A stretch of DNA of 64,000 bases from an uncultured Gammaproteobacteria bacterium (GTDB lineage: Bacteria > Pseudomonadota > Gammaproteobacteria > Steroidobacterales > Rariloculaceae): positions 2,930,666-2,994,665 of the forward strand of contig CAWAJM010000001.1 of NCBI GenBank assembly GCA_963782445.1. The letters are read 5' to 3'. Under the pieces are notes generated by a model. It was not told where the DNA came from, ran no database searches, and saw only the letters and a list, made by a program, of their open reading frames with translations. How positions within the stretch are numbered: position 1 is the first letter of the stretch; each line of letters starts with the position of its first letter. This document shows positions 17,660 through 27,141 of this stretch, one piece after another. Both the position numbers and the translations under genes were made by a program.

Positions 17660-19366
17660 ATGCAGGAACAACAGAGCCCCGAGCTCGGTCTCAAGGACTA
17701 CATCGCGATCGGCAAGCGCCGCTGGCTGCTGCTCTTCCTCATTGCGGCACCGGTCATCACCATCGCGGTCGGGTTGGCCTTCTGGCTGCCGCCGCTGTAC
17801 ACCTCGCAGGGTGCGCTACTCCTGGAAGGCTCCGAGGTACCGGACTACGTTGTGAAACCCACGGTGCCGACGCTACCCGATGCACAGGTCCGCATGATCA
17901 CCGATCGCGTCCTTACGAACGACAACCTGCAGAAGATAGTCGCTGCCGACCATCTGTATCCGAAGCTCGCCTCCACGGATCCGAAGGCCGCCGTGCAGGC
18001 GTTGCGCCAGAACATTTCGATCCAGGCCGAGGACCCGAAATTGCTGCAGGGTGTGATCGGCGCGAGCGATACGACGGTCGCATTTACGATCAGCTACTCG
18101 AACGCCCTGCCGGGCAAGGCCAAGGACATAGCGAACCAGCTCATTCACCTCTACCTCGAAGAGAACAAGCGCGCCCAGGAGCAGCTCGCGAGCTCCACGC
18201 GCGACTTCCTCGCGGGGCAGGCGAAGGATCTCGAGAAGCAGATGGCGGTCAAGGAAAAGCAGCTCGCGGCGTTCAAGAAGCAACACGCGGACAGCCTGCC
18301 GGAGCTGCAGACCATGAACATGCAGCTTCTGCAGAAGACGCAGCAGGACATCGAGGACAACGACACCGAGATTCGCCAGTTGCGCGAGCAGGTTTCGCTG
18401 CAGGAGTCGCAGCTGCAACAGACCAGCCCGTACGCGACCATCTATGACGACCAGGGCAAGCCGATGCTGAGCCCCGCCGACCGGCTCAAGATGCTCCAGC
18501 GGCAATACGTCGAAGAGTCGGCGACTTACAGCCAGGACTACCCGGATCTCGTCAAGCTCAGGCGCCAGATCCAAGCGCTGAGCGCCCAGACCGGACTGCC
18601 CGGCGTCGACAAGTCCGTGCTCAAGGCGGACCTCGACGCGCGCGAGCAGGAACTCGCGAACGACCGGCAGCACTACGGCCCGGATTACCCGGACATCGTC
18701 CGCCTCGAGCACGAGGTCAAGAACCTGCGCACGGCGCTCGCGAAGGCGCCGGCGAGCTCCGGCAATCCATCGGCCGCGGCGCCGCCCGACAACCCGGTCT
18801 ACCTGCAGAAGCAGGTGGAGCTCAAGGGCTCGAAGGACGACCTCGCCGCCGCGCTGAAGCGCCGCGACGACCTCAACAACCGCCTCAAGGATCTCGAAAG
18901 GCGGCTGACGGCGACGCCTGAGGTCGAGCGCGAATACACGAGCCTGTCGCGCGGCTACCAGCAGCTCGTCAATCAATACGCCGATCTCAAGAGCAAGCAG
19001 CAGCAGGCCGAAGTCTCGGTGAACCTCGAGAGCGCGAGCAAGGGCCAGCGGTTCGACATCCTGCGCTACCCCAACCTGCCATCGTTGCCGTCCTCGCCGA
19101 ACAGGATCGCCGTCATCATGCTGGGCCTTGCACTCGCCCTCGGCGGCGGCGCCGCGGCCATCGCCATCGCAGAAGTCACGGACGCGACCGTGCGCTCCCC
19201 GCGCGACATCAACCGGTTCCTCGAAATTCCGCCGCTCGTCATGATCCCGTACATCGACAACGACGTCGACGTGCGTACGAAGCGGTGGAAACGGCTCGGG
19301 GCGGTCGTCATGGTCGGCGCATGGGCGGGACTCACGGTGTTCGTCATCATGAACCCGGCCGGATAG
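17660..19366 (+). CDS. Polysaccharide chain-length determinant (Wzz/GumC-like, PCP family)
   Basis: 568 aa from ATG 17660 (MQEQQSPELGLKDYI). N-terminal TM helix, long coiled-coil periplasmic region, C-terminal TM helix. The 5' extension of track ORF 16625..19366 is rejected because it overlaps the OPX gene. Confidence 0.85.
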   Translation: MQEQQSPELGLKDYIAIGKRRWLLLFLIAAPVITIAVGLAFWLPPLYTSQGALLLEGSEVPDYVVKPTVPTLPDAQVRMITDRVLTNDNLQKIVAADHLYPKLASTDPKAAVQALRQNISIQAEDPKLLQGVIGASDTTVAFTISYSNALPGKAKDIANQLIHLYLEENKRAQEQLASSTRDFLAGQAKDLEKQMAVKEKQLAAFKKQHADSLPELQTMNMQLLQKTQQDIEDNDTEIRQLREQVSLQESQLQQTSPYATIYDDQGKPMLSPADRLKMLQRQYVEESATYSQDYPDLVKLRRQIQALSAQTGLPGVDKSVLKADLDAREQELANDRQHYGPDYPDIVRLEHEVKNLRTALAKAPASSGNPSAAAPPDNPVYLQKQVELKGSKDDLAAALKRRDDLNNRLKDLERRLTATPEVEREYTSLSRGYQQLVNQYADLKSKQQQAEVSVNLESASKGQRFDILRYPNLPSLPSSPNRIAVIMLGLALALGGGAAAIAIAEVTDATVRSPRDINRFLEIPPLVMIPYIDNDVDVRTKRWKRLGAVVMVGAWAGLTVFVIMNPAG

Positions 19367-19379
19367 GAGACAGCTCAGG

Positions 19380-20198
19380 ATGGCCAGCATCGACAAAGGC
19401 CTCGCGCGCGTGCGCGGGGCGAAGTCCGAAAAGCGCGACGGTCAGGTCGCGGAGTTCATCAAGCCCTCCGAATCGGGCGGAGGCATCGCGATCGATACGC
19501 TGCCGCGCGTGAAGCTCAATCCGCGCGCGCTGCACAAGAACCGTGTCATCACGGACGAAGCAGTACCGGCCGCATCGGCTTACAAAATGCTGCGCACGCG
19601 CGTACTGCAGCGCATGCGGCGCAACAACTGGACATCGCTGGCCGTGACCGGCACCTGCCCGTCCGAAGGCAAGACGCTGACGGCCGTAAACCTAGCCATC
19701 AGCATGGCGCGGGATCTGAGCACGAGCGTGATTCTCGTCGATCTCGACCTGCGCAATCCCTCGATTGCGCGCTGCCTCGGCCTGTCTCCTCGGCACGGCA
19801 TCGGCGATTACCTGCAGGGCGCCGTCGAGCTCGAGCGCACACTGTTCTCGCCGAACATGGATCGGCTCGGCCTGCTGCTGAACGAGCGGCCGTTCCCGAA
19901 TTCCTCCGAGCTGTTGAACTCGCCGCAGATGGCCGCTCTGGTGGCCGAGCTCAAGCAGGGGGACGGCCGTATCGTGATTTTCGATCTCCCGCCCCTGCTC
20001 GTCACGGACGACATGCTGGCCTTCTGTCCGCTAGTCGACGCGATCCTGCTCGTGCTCGCCGAAGGCACGACGAAGCAGGCGGACCTCGTGACGGCCAAGG
20101 AGCTGCTCCAGGACACGAACATCGTCGGGGCCGTGCTGAACCGCTCCTCGGAGAACGTCGCGCCCTACTACTATTACTATGGATATGGCAAACAGTAG
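19380..20198 (+). CDS. BY-kinase-type tyrosine autokinase ATPase subunit (separate cytoplasmic polypeptide)
   Basis: 272 aa. Walker A (GTCPSEGKT), Walker A' (ILVDLDLRNPS), Walker B (IVIFDLPPL) and a C-terminal Tyr cluster (APYYYYYGYGKQ). Confidence 0.85.
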   Translation: MASIDKGLARVRGAKSEKRDGQVAEFIKPSESGGGIAIDTLPRVKLNPRALHKNRVITDEAVPAASAYKMLRTRVLQRMRRNNWTSLAVTGTCPSEGKTLTAVNLAISMARDLSTSVILVDLDLRNPSIARCLGLSPRHGIGDYLQGAVELERTLFSPNMDRLGLLLNERPFPNSSELLNSPQMAALVAELKQGDGRIVIFDLPPLLVTDDMLAFCPLVDAILLVLAEGTTKQADLVTAKELLQDTNIVGAVLNRSSENVAPYYYYYGYGKQ

Positions 20199-20787
20199 TG
20201 CAGTCGCAGCGCGCGCGGTCGACCTGCGCGCCAAGGCCGGCGACGCATTGCGCGGCCTGGCCCGCGATCCGCTCGAGATCTTTCGCATCGGCGCCATCGG
20301 CTTCAACACTGTCAAATTCCGTTACCTCAAGCGCTGCGCCGGTGCAGGCAGCGTGTTCGGCACGGGCAACCGCATCATCAACGCAGCCAACGTCAGCATC
20401 GGCAACGGCTGCCTGTTTCAGGATTCGATCTACCTTCGGGCCGGAGCCAGGGGCCGAATCACGATCGGCGATCGCGTGGCAATCAACAGCTTCTGTCAGC
20501 TATACGGCCACGGCGGCATCACGCTGGGCGACGAGACTCAGCTCGGCCCCAATACGATCGTGACGACGACGCATCACGACTACGCGGGCGACCTGACCGA
20601 GCAGTTCCGGGCGGTCTGGATCGGGCAACGGGTATGGATCGGCGCGAACGCGACGGTTCTATCCGGCGTGACGATCGGCGACGGCGCGGTTATCGGCGCG
20701 GGCGCAGTCGTGACGCGCGACGTCCCGGCGCACACAGTCGCGGTCGGCGTACCCGCCCGCGTCGTCCGCGAGGTGGCGTCGGCGTAG
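20179..20787 (+). CDS. Hexapeptide-repeat (LbH) O-acetyltransferase
   Basis: 202 aa with repeated [LIV]-G-x4 hexapeptides (ITIGDRVAINSF, ITLGDETQLGPN, VWIGANATVLSGVTIGDGAVIGAGAVV). Confidence 0.8.
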   Translation: MDMANSSAVAARAVDLRAKAGDALRGLARDPLEIFRIGAIGFNTVKFRYLKRCAGAGSVFGTGNRIINAANVSIGNGCLFQDSIYLRAGARGRITIGDRVAINSFCQLYGHGGITLGDETQLGPNTIVTTTHHDYAGDLTEQFRAVWIGQRVWIGANATVLSGVTIGDGAVIGAGAVVTRDVPAHTVAVGVPARVVREVASA

Positions 20788-20791
20788 GGTA

Positions 20792-22714
20792 CTACGCAGC
20801 GTTCCGAAGCATGGCGCTCTCCACCGCGTCGGTCTGCTCCCCGCGCATGTGGATCCGATACCAGATTTCGGCCGCGGCGAGCAGCCACAGCCGCTGACCG
20901 TGGTCACGGCGGCCGGCCAAATGTTCGCCGACGAGCTCGGCGACGCCGGTGTGAGTGAGGCAGCCGTCCTCGACGAGCGCCGAGTCGCGCAGCAGCGTGT
21001 CGTAGAGCCGCCGAAACTCGTGGCGCAACAGGTACGGCAACGGCGACGAAAAGCCCTGCTTTGAGCGCGTCACGACTTCCTGCGGTACGTAACGCTTGGC
21101 GAGCGCCTTCTCGATTCGCCTGAGCTCCGTTCCCCGTACCTTGAACGCCGTTGGCAGCGTCGCACAGTACTCGGCCAACACGTGGTCGAGAAACGGACTG
21201 CGCGCCTCGAGGCCGTGCGCCATGGTCATGCGATCGAGGATCATGAGAGGGTGATCGGGCAGCCGGGTGCAGTCGTCCGCGTAGAGCATGCGGTCGAGCG
21301 CTTCCTTGGCGTCGGCGGCGTCGTAAAGCGTCTCGATGCCGCGCTCCGGGTCGAACGCCGCGACGCTGCGCTTGAAGCGTTCGGAGTATACGCGTTCGCG
21401 ATAGTCCTCGGTGAAGTAGAAGTAGCTCAGGCTCTTGGCGTAGCGCCGGCCCCCCTCGTGCGCGGCCAGCGAATGCACCCACTTGAGCCTGTGCCCGGCG
21501 CTCCGATACCAGTTTCCGCCCGATAGTCGGTCGATGACGGGCGCGAACACGCGCTCGCGCACGATCTTCGGGAGCAGCGCGTAATAGCGCGCATAAACGT
21601 TGCCGTAATAGCGGTCGTAGCCGCCGAAAAGCTCGTCGCCGCCGTCGCCCCCGAGCACGACCTTGACATGCTGCCGAGCAAGCTCGGCCAAGTGGTACGT
21701 GCACACGGAGAGCGCGTCGGCGGGCTCGTCGAGATGCCAGATGACGCGCGGCAGCGAACGCGTCAGGGAGGGCGAGACGGGCAGACGCCGATTCGCGAGC
21801 CCGTAGCGATCGGCGACGGCCTTGCCGAATCGGTAGTCGGAATGCCCCGCGTATGGAACGTCGCCAGTGAACGTTTCGAAGGCGCGGCCGATTGCCGAAT
21901 GCATGAGCGCCGTCACGATGCTCGAGTCCATGCCGCCGCTCAGAAACGCGCCGACGGGCACGTCGCTGACGAGATGGTAGCTCACGGCTTCGCGCGCCTT
22001 TGCATCGAGCTCGTCCAAAGCGGCATCGAAGCCGATTCGGCGCTTCGGCTCGAAGCCCAGCTTCCAGTAGGGTTTCACCTCCACGCGCCCGTTCTCGAAC
22101 ACGAGATAATGGGCCGGCGGAAGCTTGCGGATACGCTTGAACATCGAGCGCGGCGGCGTGACGACGCGCAGCGTCAGATATTCGTGCAGCGCATCTGGGT
22201 CCATCTCGGCGAGGCCTGGCTCGAGTGCGAGCAGCGCCTTGATTTCGGACGCGAACGCGAATGTATTGCCGTCGTGCCAGTAGTAGAACGGTTTCTGGCC
22301 AAAATGATCGCGCGCGGCGATGAGCCGCCGGCGATGGGCATCGTAGAATGCGAATGCGAACATGCCGCGCAGTCTCGGGAGGGCCCTTTCGCCTTCCCGC
22401 GCGAGCAGGCGCAGCAGCACCTCGGTGTCGCCGTGCGTCGCGAGCGGGGTCTCCGCGGCGACCGAGGGCGCGAGATCCCTGTAGTTGTAGATCTCGCCGT
22501 TGAACGTTATCCAGCTGCGGCCGTCGCCCGTGCGCATTGGCTGAGGACTGCCGTGGGGGTCGATGACGGCCAAGCGGCAATGACCGAAGCCCACTTCCCC
22601 TTCGACAAGCGCGCCTTCGCCGTCCGGCCCGCGATGGACGATCGCGGCCGTCATTCTTTTGATTTCCTCGGCTCGGACCGGCCTCGAGCGAACGACTCCT
22701 ACTATGCCGCACAT
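20792..22714 (-). CDS. Asparagine synthase (glutamine-hydrolysing) family amidotransferase
   Basis: 640 aa from ATG 22714 (MCGIVGVV, Cys2 Ntn nucleophile). PP-loop SGGMDSS. The upstream extension of the track ORF (to 22912) is Arg/Gly-rich and is rejected. Confidence 0.9.
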   Translation of the reverse strand: MCGIVGVVRSRPVRAEEIKRMTAAIVHRGPDGEGALVEGEVGFGHCRLAVIDPHGSPQPMRTGDGRSWITFNGEIYNYRDLAPSVAAETPLATHGDTEVLLRLLAREGERALPRLRGMFAFAFYDAHRRRLIAARDHFGQKPFYYWHDGNTFAFASEIKALLALEPGLAEMDPDALHEYLTLRVVTPPRSMFKRIRKLPPAHYLVFENGRVEVKPYWKLGFEPKRRIGFDAALDELDAKAREAVSYHLVSDVPVGAFLSGGMDSSIVTALMHSAIGRAFETFTGDVPYAGHSDYRFGKAVADRYGLANRRLPVSPSLTRSLPRVIWHLDEPADALSVCTYHLAELARQHVKVVLGGDGGDELFGGYDRYYGNVYARYYALLPKIVRERVFAPVIDRLSGGNWYRSAGHRLKWVHSLAAHEGGRRYAKSLSYFYFTEDYRERVYSERFKRSVAAFDPERGIETLYDAADAKEALDRMLYADDCTRLPDHPLMILDRMTMAHGLEARSPFLDHVLAEYCATLPTAFKVRGTELRRIEKALAKRYVPQEVVTRSKQGFSSPLPYLLRHEFRRLYDTLLRDSALVEDGCLTHTGVAELVGEHLAGRRDHGQRLWLLAAAEIWYRIHMRGEQTDAVESAMLRNAA

Positions 22715-22840
22715 GGATCGCTTCCCACCTCTGTTCTCTTTCCCTGGACGCGGTGGACCGCTGTGTCCACTTCCACCCTGCCGGCCGTCGCCCCCTCCCA
22801 TCCAAGCCGCACTCGGCAGCAGCCGACGCAGCCCGTACTT

Positions 22841-22857
22841 GAGCAAAGTCCGTGCCA
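22841..22857 (-). promoter_or_regulatory. Sigma-54 promoter TGGCACGGACTTTGCTC (minus strand) upstream of the AsnB-family gene
   Basis: Strict match to TGGCAC-N5-TTGC; intergenic, about 130 nt upstream of ATG 22714. Confidence 0.65.
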
Positions 22858-22908
22858 CTCGGCCGGCCGCACGCCTGCGGAGGCAGCCTGCAGCGCGCCC
22901 CCTGCCGC

Positions 22909-24663
22909 TCACGCAGGCACGACATGGGCTTGCGCCCCTTCAACCGCCGCCAGCGCATGCTGATCCCTTCGCAGACGGCCGTACATGCGCACGGCGAGCA
23001 GCGCACGAAACGCCAGGATTTCCGGTGCCAGGGCAGGCCGGCCGCCGCCGAGCCGGCGGCGGCCGGCCTCGGCGAGGCGGCGAGCCAGACCGCGGCGCAA
23101 TGGAAGGGCCGCCGGCCGGTCGACCGCCGCGCTGCGGCGCGCGTCGACGAGGCATCTGAGCCGCGCGGCGAAGTCCTCGCCGAGCGCGGATCGCGCGGGG
23201 GTCGAGGCGAATTCGTCGAGCATGAGCTCGAGCGTAGCGGGCTCGGCCACGAAGGCCGCGAGCGGATAGACGGCCGTGCGGCGCGCGAACGGGATGGCTG
23301 GCGAGAGCCGCTCGACCAGCCTACGCCAGAGGCGCTTGTCGGTTCTCAAGCCATCCGGCAGCCTCCGCACGCAATCGACGATGCCATTGAACAGCAAGGG
23401 GTTCACAACCTCGACGTACGCCGCCTTCAAATCCGTGAGCGCGGCCAACAACGCAGGCATCGCGAACTGCTGATAAGTCCGGTCGCGCCAGGCAGGAAGC
23501 GACTCGGCCGGCCGCCGGACGAGGTTCGGCGGAAGCGTTTGCGCACTCAGCCCGAAGCGCTCGCGGCTATCGGCGTCGAGCACATCGTCCAGCAGCGTGA
23601 ATCGGCACGCCGCGCGGACGTTGGCTTCGCTGCGCACGCGCGTCCACCCCATGACCTCGTCGCCGCGAATGACGCCGTCGCACTGCTGCTCGGCGAGCGT
23701 GCGCCAGATCGCAAAGCCGTCCAGGTAGCCGGAGACCCGATCGGTTCTGCCTTCGCCGGCGACGAGGAACCGCTCGATCAGCCGGTCGCGCGGCTCGCGC
23801 GAGACTGCAATCGGAAAGAACCGGTGCGAGAGCCGAAAGTGGGCCGCGAGATCTGCGGCGATGGCGACGTCGCCGGCGCGATCGGCCTGGGCCTCCTTGA
23901 CGCCCCACGTAACGCTGCGAAGGCCTCGCCGGTCGCGCAGCATGAGGAGCACTCCCCTGCTGTCCACACCTCCGGAGAGCGGCAAGAGCCACCGAGCGTA
24001 ATCGAATCGGAGCGCTTCGAAGACGCGGGCGAGAGCGTCCTCGAGACGCCCGCGACACTGCGACTCGGCATCCGCGTCTGCCGCATCGCCGGCCCGGGGC
24101 CCGAGCTCGATCGCCGGCGCCTCGACCGTCAGGCGCCAGCCGGAGCGGTCCAGCTTCACCCGGCCGCCGGGCGGCACCTGGCGGACCCGTGCATCCCAAC
24201 CCGCCTCCGGTCCCAATGTCCCCGAGGAAAGCATCCAGGACAGGGCGTCCCGGTTCGGCTCGAAACTGCCGGTCACGGCGGCCAGCGCGCGTTGAGACGT
24301 GGAGGCGACGAAGAGATTTCGAGTCAGCCTGTACCAAAGCGTGCGCGACGCAACGGCATCGGCCACGAGCTCGGCACTGCCGCAGTCCACGCGGATCAAC
24401 GCGTAGGCGCCGTCCGGTGCGGCCGCGCCCGGCCGTGCCCAGTCTGGCGCCCCGGCGCCGAGCCGGCCGAGAACGACGCTGGCCCCGGCCGTCTCGACGC
24501 GGCTCGGTGGATTGAACAGCATGCATACGGCGCCGTGGCCGCGGCAGACGCGAGCCGGACGCGCATCGAGGTTGTCGAGTTGCAGGAGGCGGCCGAGGAC
24601 GGCGACCTCCTCCGCGGACAGGTCGGCGTCAGCCTCCCGCCGGCATATGAACAGCGCTCTCAT
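22909..24663 (-). CDS. Asparagine-synthase-related PP-loop ATPase lacking the N-terminal Cys nucleophile
   Basis: 584 aa from ATG 24663 (MRALFICRRE). PP-loop LSGGVDSRGVLLML and an AsnB-like N-domain remnant without Cys2. Confidence 0.75.
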   Translation of the reverse strand: MRALFICRREADADLSAEEVAVLGRLLQLDNLDARPARVCRGHGAVCMLFNPPSRVETAGASVVLGRLGAGAPDWARPGAAAPDGAYALIRVDCGSAELVADAVASRTLWYRLTRNLFVASTSQRALAAVTGSFEPNRDALSWMLSSGTLGPEAGWDARVRQVPPGGRVKLDRSGWRLTVEAPAIELGPRAGDAADADAESQCRGRLEDALARVFEALRFDYARWLLPLSGGVDSRGVLLMLRDRRGLRSVTWGVKEAQADRAGDVAIAADLAAHFRLSHRFFPIAVSREPRDRLIERFLVAGEGRTDRVSGYLDGFAIWRTLAEQQCDGVIRGDEVMGWTRVRSEANVRAACRFTLLDDVLDADSRERFGLSAQTLPPNLVRRPAESLPAWRDRTYQQFAMPALLAALTDLKAAYVEVVNPLLFNGIVDCVRRLPDGLRTDKRLWRRLVERLSPAIPFARRTAVYPLAAFVAEPATLELMLDEFASTPARSALGEDFAARLRCLVDARRSAAVDRPAALPLRRGLARRLAEAGRRRLGGGRPALAPEILAFRALLAVRMYGRLRRDQHALAAVEGAQAHVVPA

Positions 24664-24739
24664 CGTCTCGGGTCCCCATGCTTTCGCGCTCCGGCGCCTG
24701 CGCGGCGCCTCGCGTATTTCGCTGCCTTTCGCCGACACC

Positions 24740-24756
24740 ATGCAAAGATGATGCCG
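24740..24756 (-). promoter_or_regulatory. Sigma-54 promoter candidate CGGCATCATCTTTGCAT (minus strand)
   Basis: GG and GC dinucleotides at the correct 12-nt register, about 80 nt upstream of ATG 24663. It shares CATCTTTG with the motif at 27099-27115. Confidence 0.55.
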
Positions 24757-24897
24757 TACGTGGAACTTACCTGGTAGGGGACTTGTCGACGGCAAGCGCC
24801 GCTCGCATCGCACACACTTTCCAGATGCTGGAATTCGCCGCGGGGTTGCGGCCCGGGGCGATCGCCCCGAGGCGGAGGCCGTCCAAGGCAACTCGCT

Positions 24898-26997
24898 TCA
24901 GTCGAAGCGATAGATCTTCGTTTCGCCGTCCCGGCCCACGTAAACGACGTGGGACGCCTGTCCCCTGATGAAACGCTTGACGGCTTCGCTGACGGCGCGC
25001 GTCTCGGCCAACATGGCGTCTGAGGCGACGAGCCACTTCCTGCGGCCGGGGACGGAGAGCGTCTTCTCGAGCGCGTCGGCGCTCATGATGAGCGGTGTCG
25101 AAACGTAAAGATCGAGCAGACGGCCGCCGCGCTCGTACGTCTGGGTCTCGAAGACGGCTGTCCTGACCCAATAGTCGGTATGCCCGAGATAGGAATACAT
25201 CTCGCGCGAGTCGAGCACGATGATCTCGTCGCCCGGGGCCGCATGGCGCTTCAGGTAGGCGGCAGGCGTCTTGAAATCGGGGTAATCGGTTAGCCCGAAC
25301 ACGCGGTACAGCAGGCCTTCGTTCCGGTACTGCTCGCGGGCGACGAGCAGGCCTCGAACCGGATTCAAGTCGAAGCCGAGCACGAGCAGCACGAACAGCC
25401 CGCCGATGACCGCCGCGCGAGCGCGGCTCGGCGGGCCGCCCGCCGCGCGGCTGCCGGCAGCCGTGTCCGTGCCGTCAGGCGCACGGCGCCAGGCCGCCAG
25501 CACCTGCTGCCAGCGCAGCAAACCGAGCGCGACGAAGGTAAAGAACAGCGTGTCGAAGGGCACTTCGTAGCGGAACAGCTCGTAGCGGGTACCGAACAGG
25601 CCGTTGACGACGAGCGGCGTGCCAAAAGCGAGTAACAGGAAACCTGCAGCAGGTTCCGAGGACGGACCGGAAGCCCGGTCGAACGCCCAGAGCACGCCGA
25701 CGGCCGCGACGACCGAGGCGAGCGGCCACTGATTCACGAAGCCCCAGAAGACGAAGAAGTGCGGATAGTTCAGCAGCGACCATCTCATGGCGGCCTTCAC
25801 GGCAGCGAGACCGACGAAGGCCGGCGCGGCGAGCCCAAGCGCCACGGTCGCGAGCAGCCACGCGGCGAAGGCGGCCGCCGTGATGCCCATGGCGAATACC
25901 ACGGCGGGGCTGCGCAGTGCGGCCAAACCGCGTCTTTTGAGCCATGCGGTGGCCACGATCCCGAGGAGCGCGAAGTTGAACAGGCCAACGGCACAGCAGG
26001 CGGCCGTGCCGATCAGCGCCGTCCGTTCCAAACCCGGCCGGCGCCGCCGGAAGGCGAACAGCACTGCGACGCCCACAATGGCCGCAGCAAGCACGAAGTA
26101 CCAGACGGGCGACGCGGCGACGAATCGCGAGAGCAGCGGAAGCCGCGGCACGGCCGGTCCGAGGGGGTCCGGGCTCGAAAGATGGCTCGCGATGAAGGCC
26201 TGCTCCGAACCGCCGAGCGGCAGTGTCCGCATCCGCTCGACGAACCCGCTCCAGACGAAAAAGAAGCCGGCCGTCACGACGGTCCCGGTGACCGGAAACG
26301 CGAGCCGCCGCGGGCGCAGCCATTCGCGCGGCCCGTCGAGGATCAGCGGATAGAACATGGCGGCGGCCAGCGTATAGCCGAGCTGATGCAAAGAAATCGT
26401 CAATACCGCCAAGGCGATACACAGCACCCCGCCGGCGAGGCTGGGCGCGCGGACCCGGTAGCGCCAGAGCGCCCACAACGTCAGCACATAGAAGAAGATG
26501 AACGCCGAGTACATGCGGGCATAACGCGCGAACTCCACGTCCCAGACGCTGATCGCGAGAAGGGCAGCCGCCGCGAGTCCCACGCGGTCGCCGAACAGCG
26601 CGCGGGCAAAGACGAAGGCGAGCGGGATCGTGGCAATGCCGAACAGCGCGGCCGGGAGCCGCATCGCGAACTCGCTGAACCCGAAAATCTTGGCACTCGC
26701 GGCCATCGCGTAGAGGAAAGGCGCGCCGCGCAGGTAGATCATGCCGCTTGGCAACTCGGGAATGCCCTTCGCGAGGATCGCCTGCACGGAAAGCGACGAC
26801 AGATCCTCGTCGGAGTGGATGCCGAGGTGACCGAGATGCGCGAGGCGAAAGTACGCGCCGACGGCCATGACGACCGCGAGCAGCAGCCAGGTCGAGGCGC
26901 CGGACACCGTGAGCGGGACGCGGCGCCCGGCCCAGCCGGGCGGCCCGCCTCGATCGCTGACGGCAGGGGTCGGAGAATTGCTTAGGGTCGACGACAT
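24898..26997 (-). CDS. GT-C fold (ArnT/PMT, GT39/GT83-like) polyprenyl-phosphate-sugar-dependent glycosyltransferase with a soluble C-terminal domain
   Basis: About 700 aa from ATG 26997 (GAGG 7 nt upstream; the track ORF extends to a TTG at 27051). Many TM helices fill the N-terminal two thirds. An acidic motif lies in the first loop (HLGIHSDEDLSS), followed by ArnT-like FGFSEFAMRLPAALFG. The last ~170 aa are soluble. Confidence 0.75.
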   Translation of the reverse strand: MSSTLSNSPTPAVSDRGGPPGWAGRRVPLTVSGASTWLLLAVVMAVGAYFRLAHLGHLGIHSDEDLSSLSVQAILAKGIPELPSGMIYLRGAPFLYAMAASAKIFGFSEFAMRLPAALFGIATIPLAFVFARALFGDRVGLAAAALLAISVWDVEFARYARMYSAFIFFYVLTLWALWRYRVRAPSLAGGVLCIALAVLTISLHQLGYTLAAAMFYPLILDGPREWLRPRRLAFPVTGTVVTAGFFFVWSGFVERMRTLPLGGSEQAFIASHLSSPDPLGPAVPRLPLLSRFVAASPVWYFVLAAAIVGVAVLFAFRRRRPGLERTALIGTAACCAVGLFNFALLGIVATAWLKRRGLAALRSPAVVFAMGITAAAFAAWLLATVALGLAAPAFVGLAAVKAAMRWSLLNYPHFFVFWGFVNQWPLASVVAAVGVLWAFDRASGPSSEPAAGFLLLAFGTPLVVNGLFGTRYELFRYEVPFDTLFFTFVALGLLRWQQVLAAWRRAPDGTDTAAGSRAAGGPPSRARAAVIGGLFVLLVLGFDLNPVRGLLVAREQYRNEGLLYRVFGLTDYPDFKTPAAYLKRHAAPGDEIIVLDSREMYSYLGHTDYWVRTAVFETQTYERGGRLLDLYVSTPLIMSADALEKTLSVPGRRKWLVASDAMLAETRAVSEAVKRFIRGQASHVVYVGRDGETKIYRFD

Positions 26998-27098
26998 TCG
27001 GAGGCCTCGCTGCTTGGATCCCGCCAGCCGGATCACCCCTCTACACCGCAAGATGCTCGACGCTTCGTTCCCGGCACCGGAAGCGTTTCGAGACGCCT

Positions 27099-27115
27099 AT
27101 ACAAAGATGGTGCCA
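27099..27115 (-). promoter_or_regulatory. Sigma-54 promoter candidate TGGCACCATCTTTGTAT (minus strand) upstream of the GT-C gene
   Basis: Perfect -24 with correct spacing; the -12 reads TGT rather than TGC. It lies between the flippase stop and the GT-C start. Confidence 0.45.
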
Positions 27116-27141
27116 ACCGGGCCGGCAAACCGCAGGCGGTC

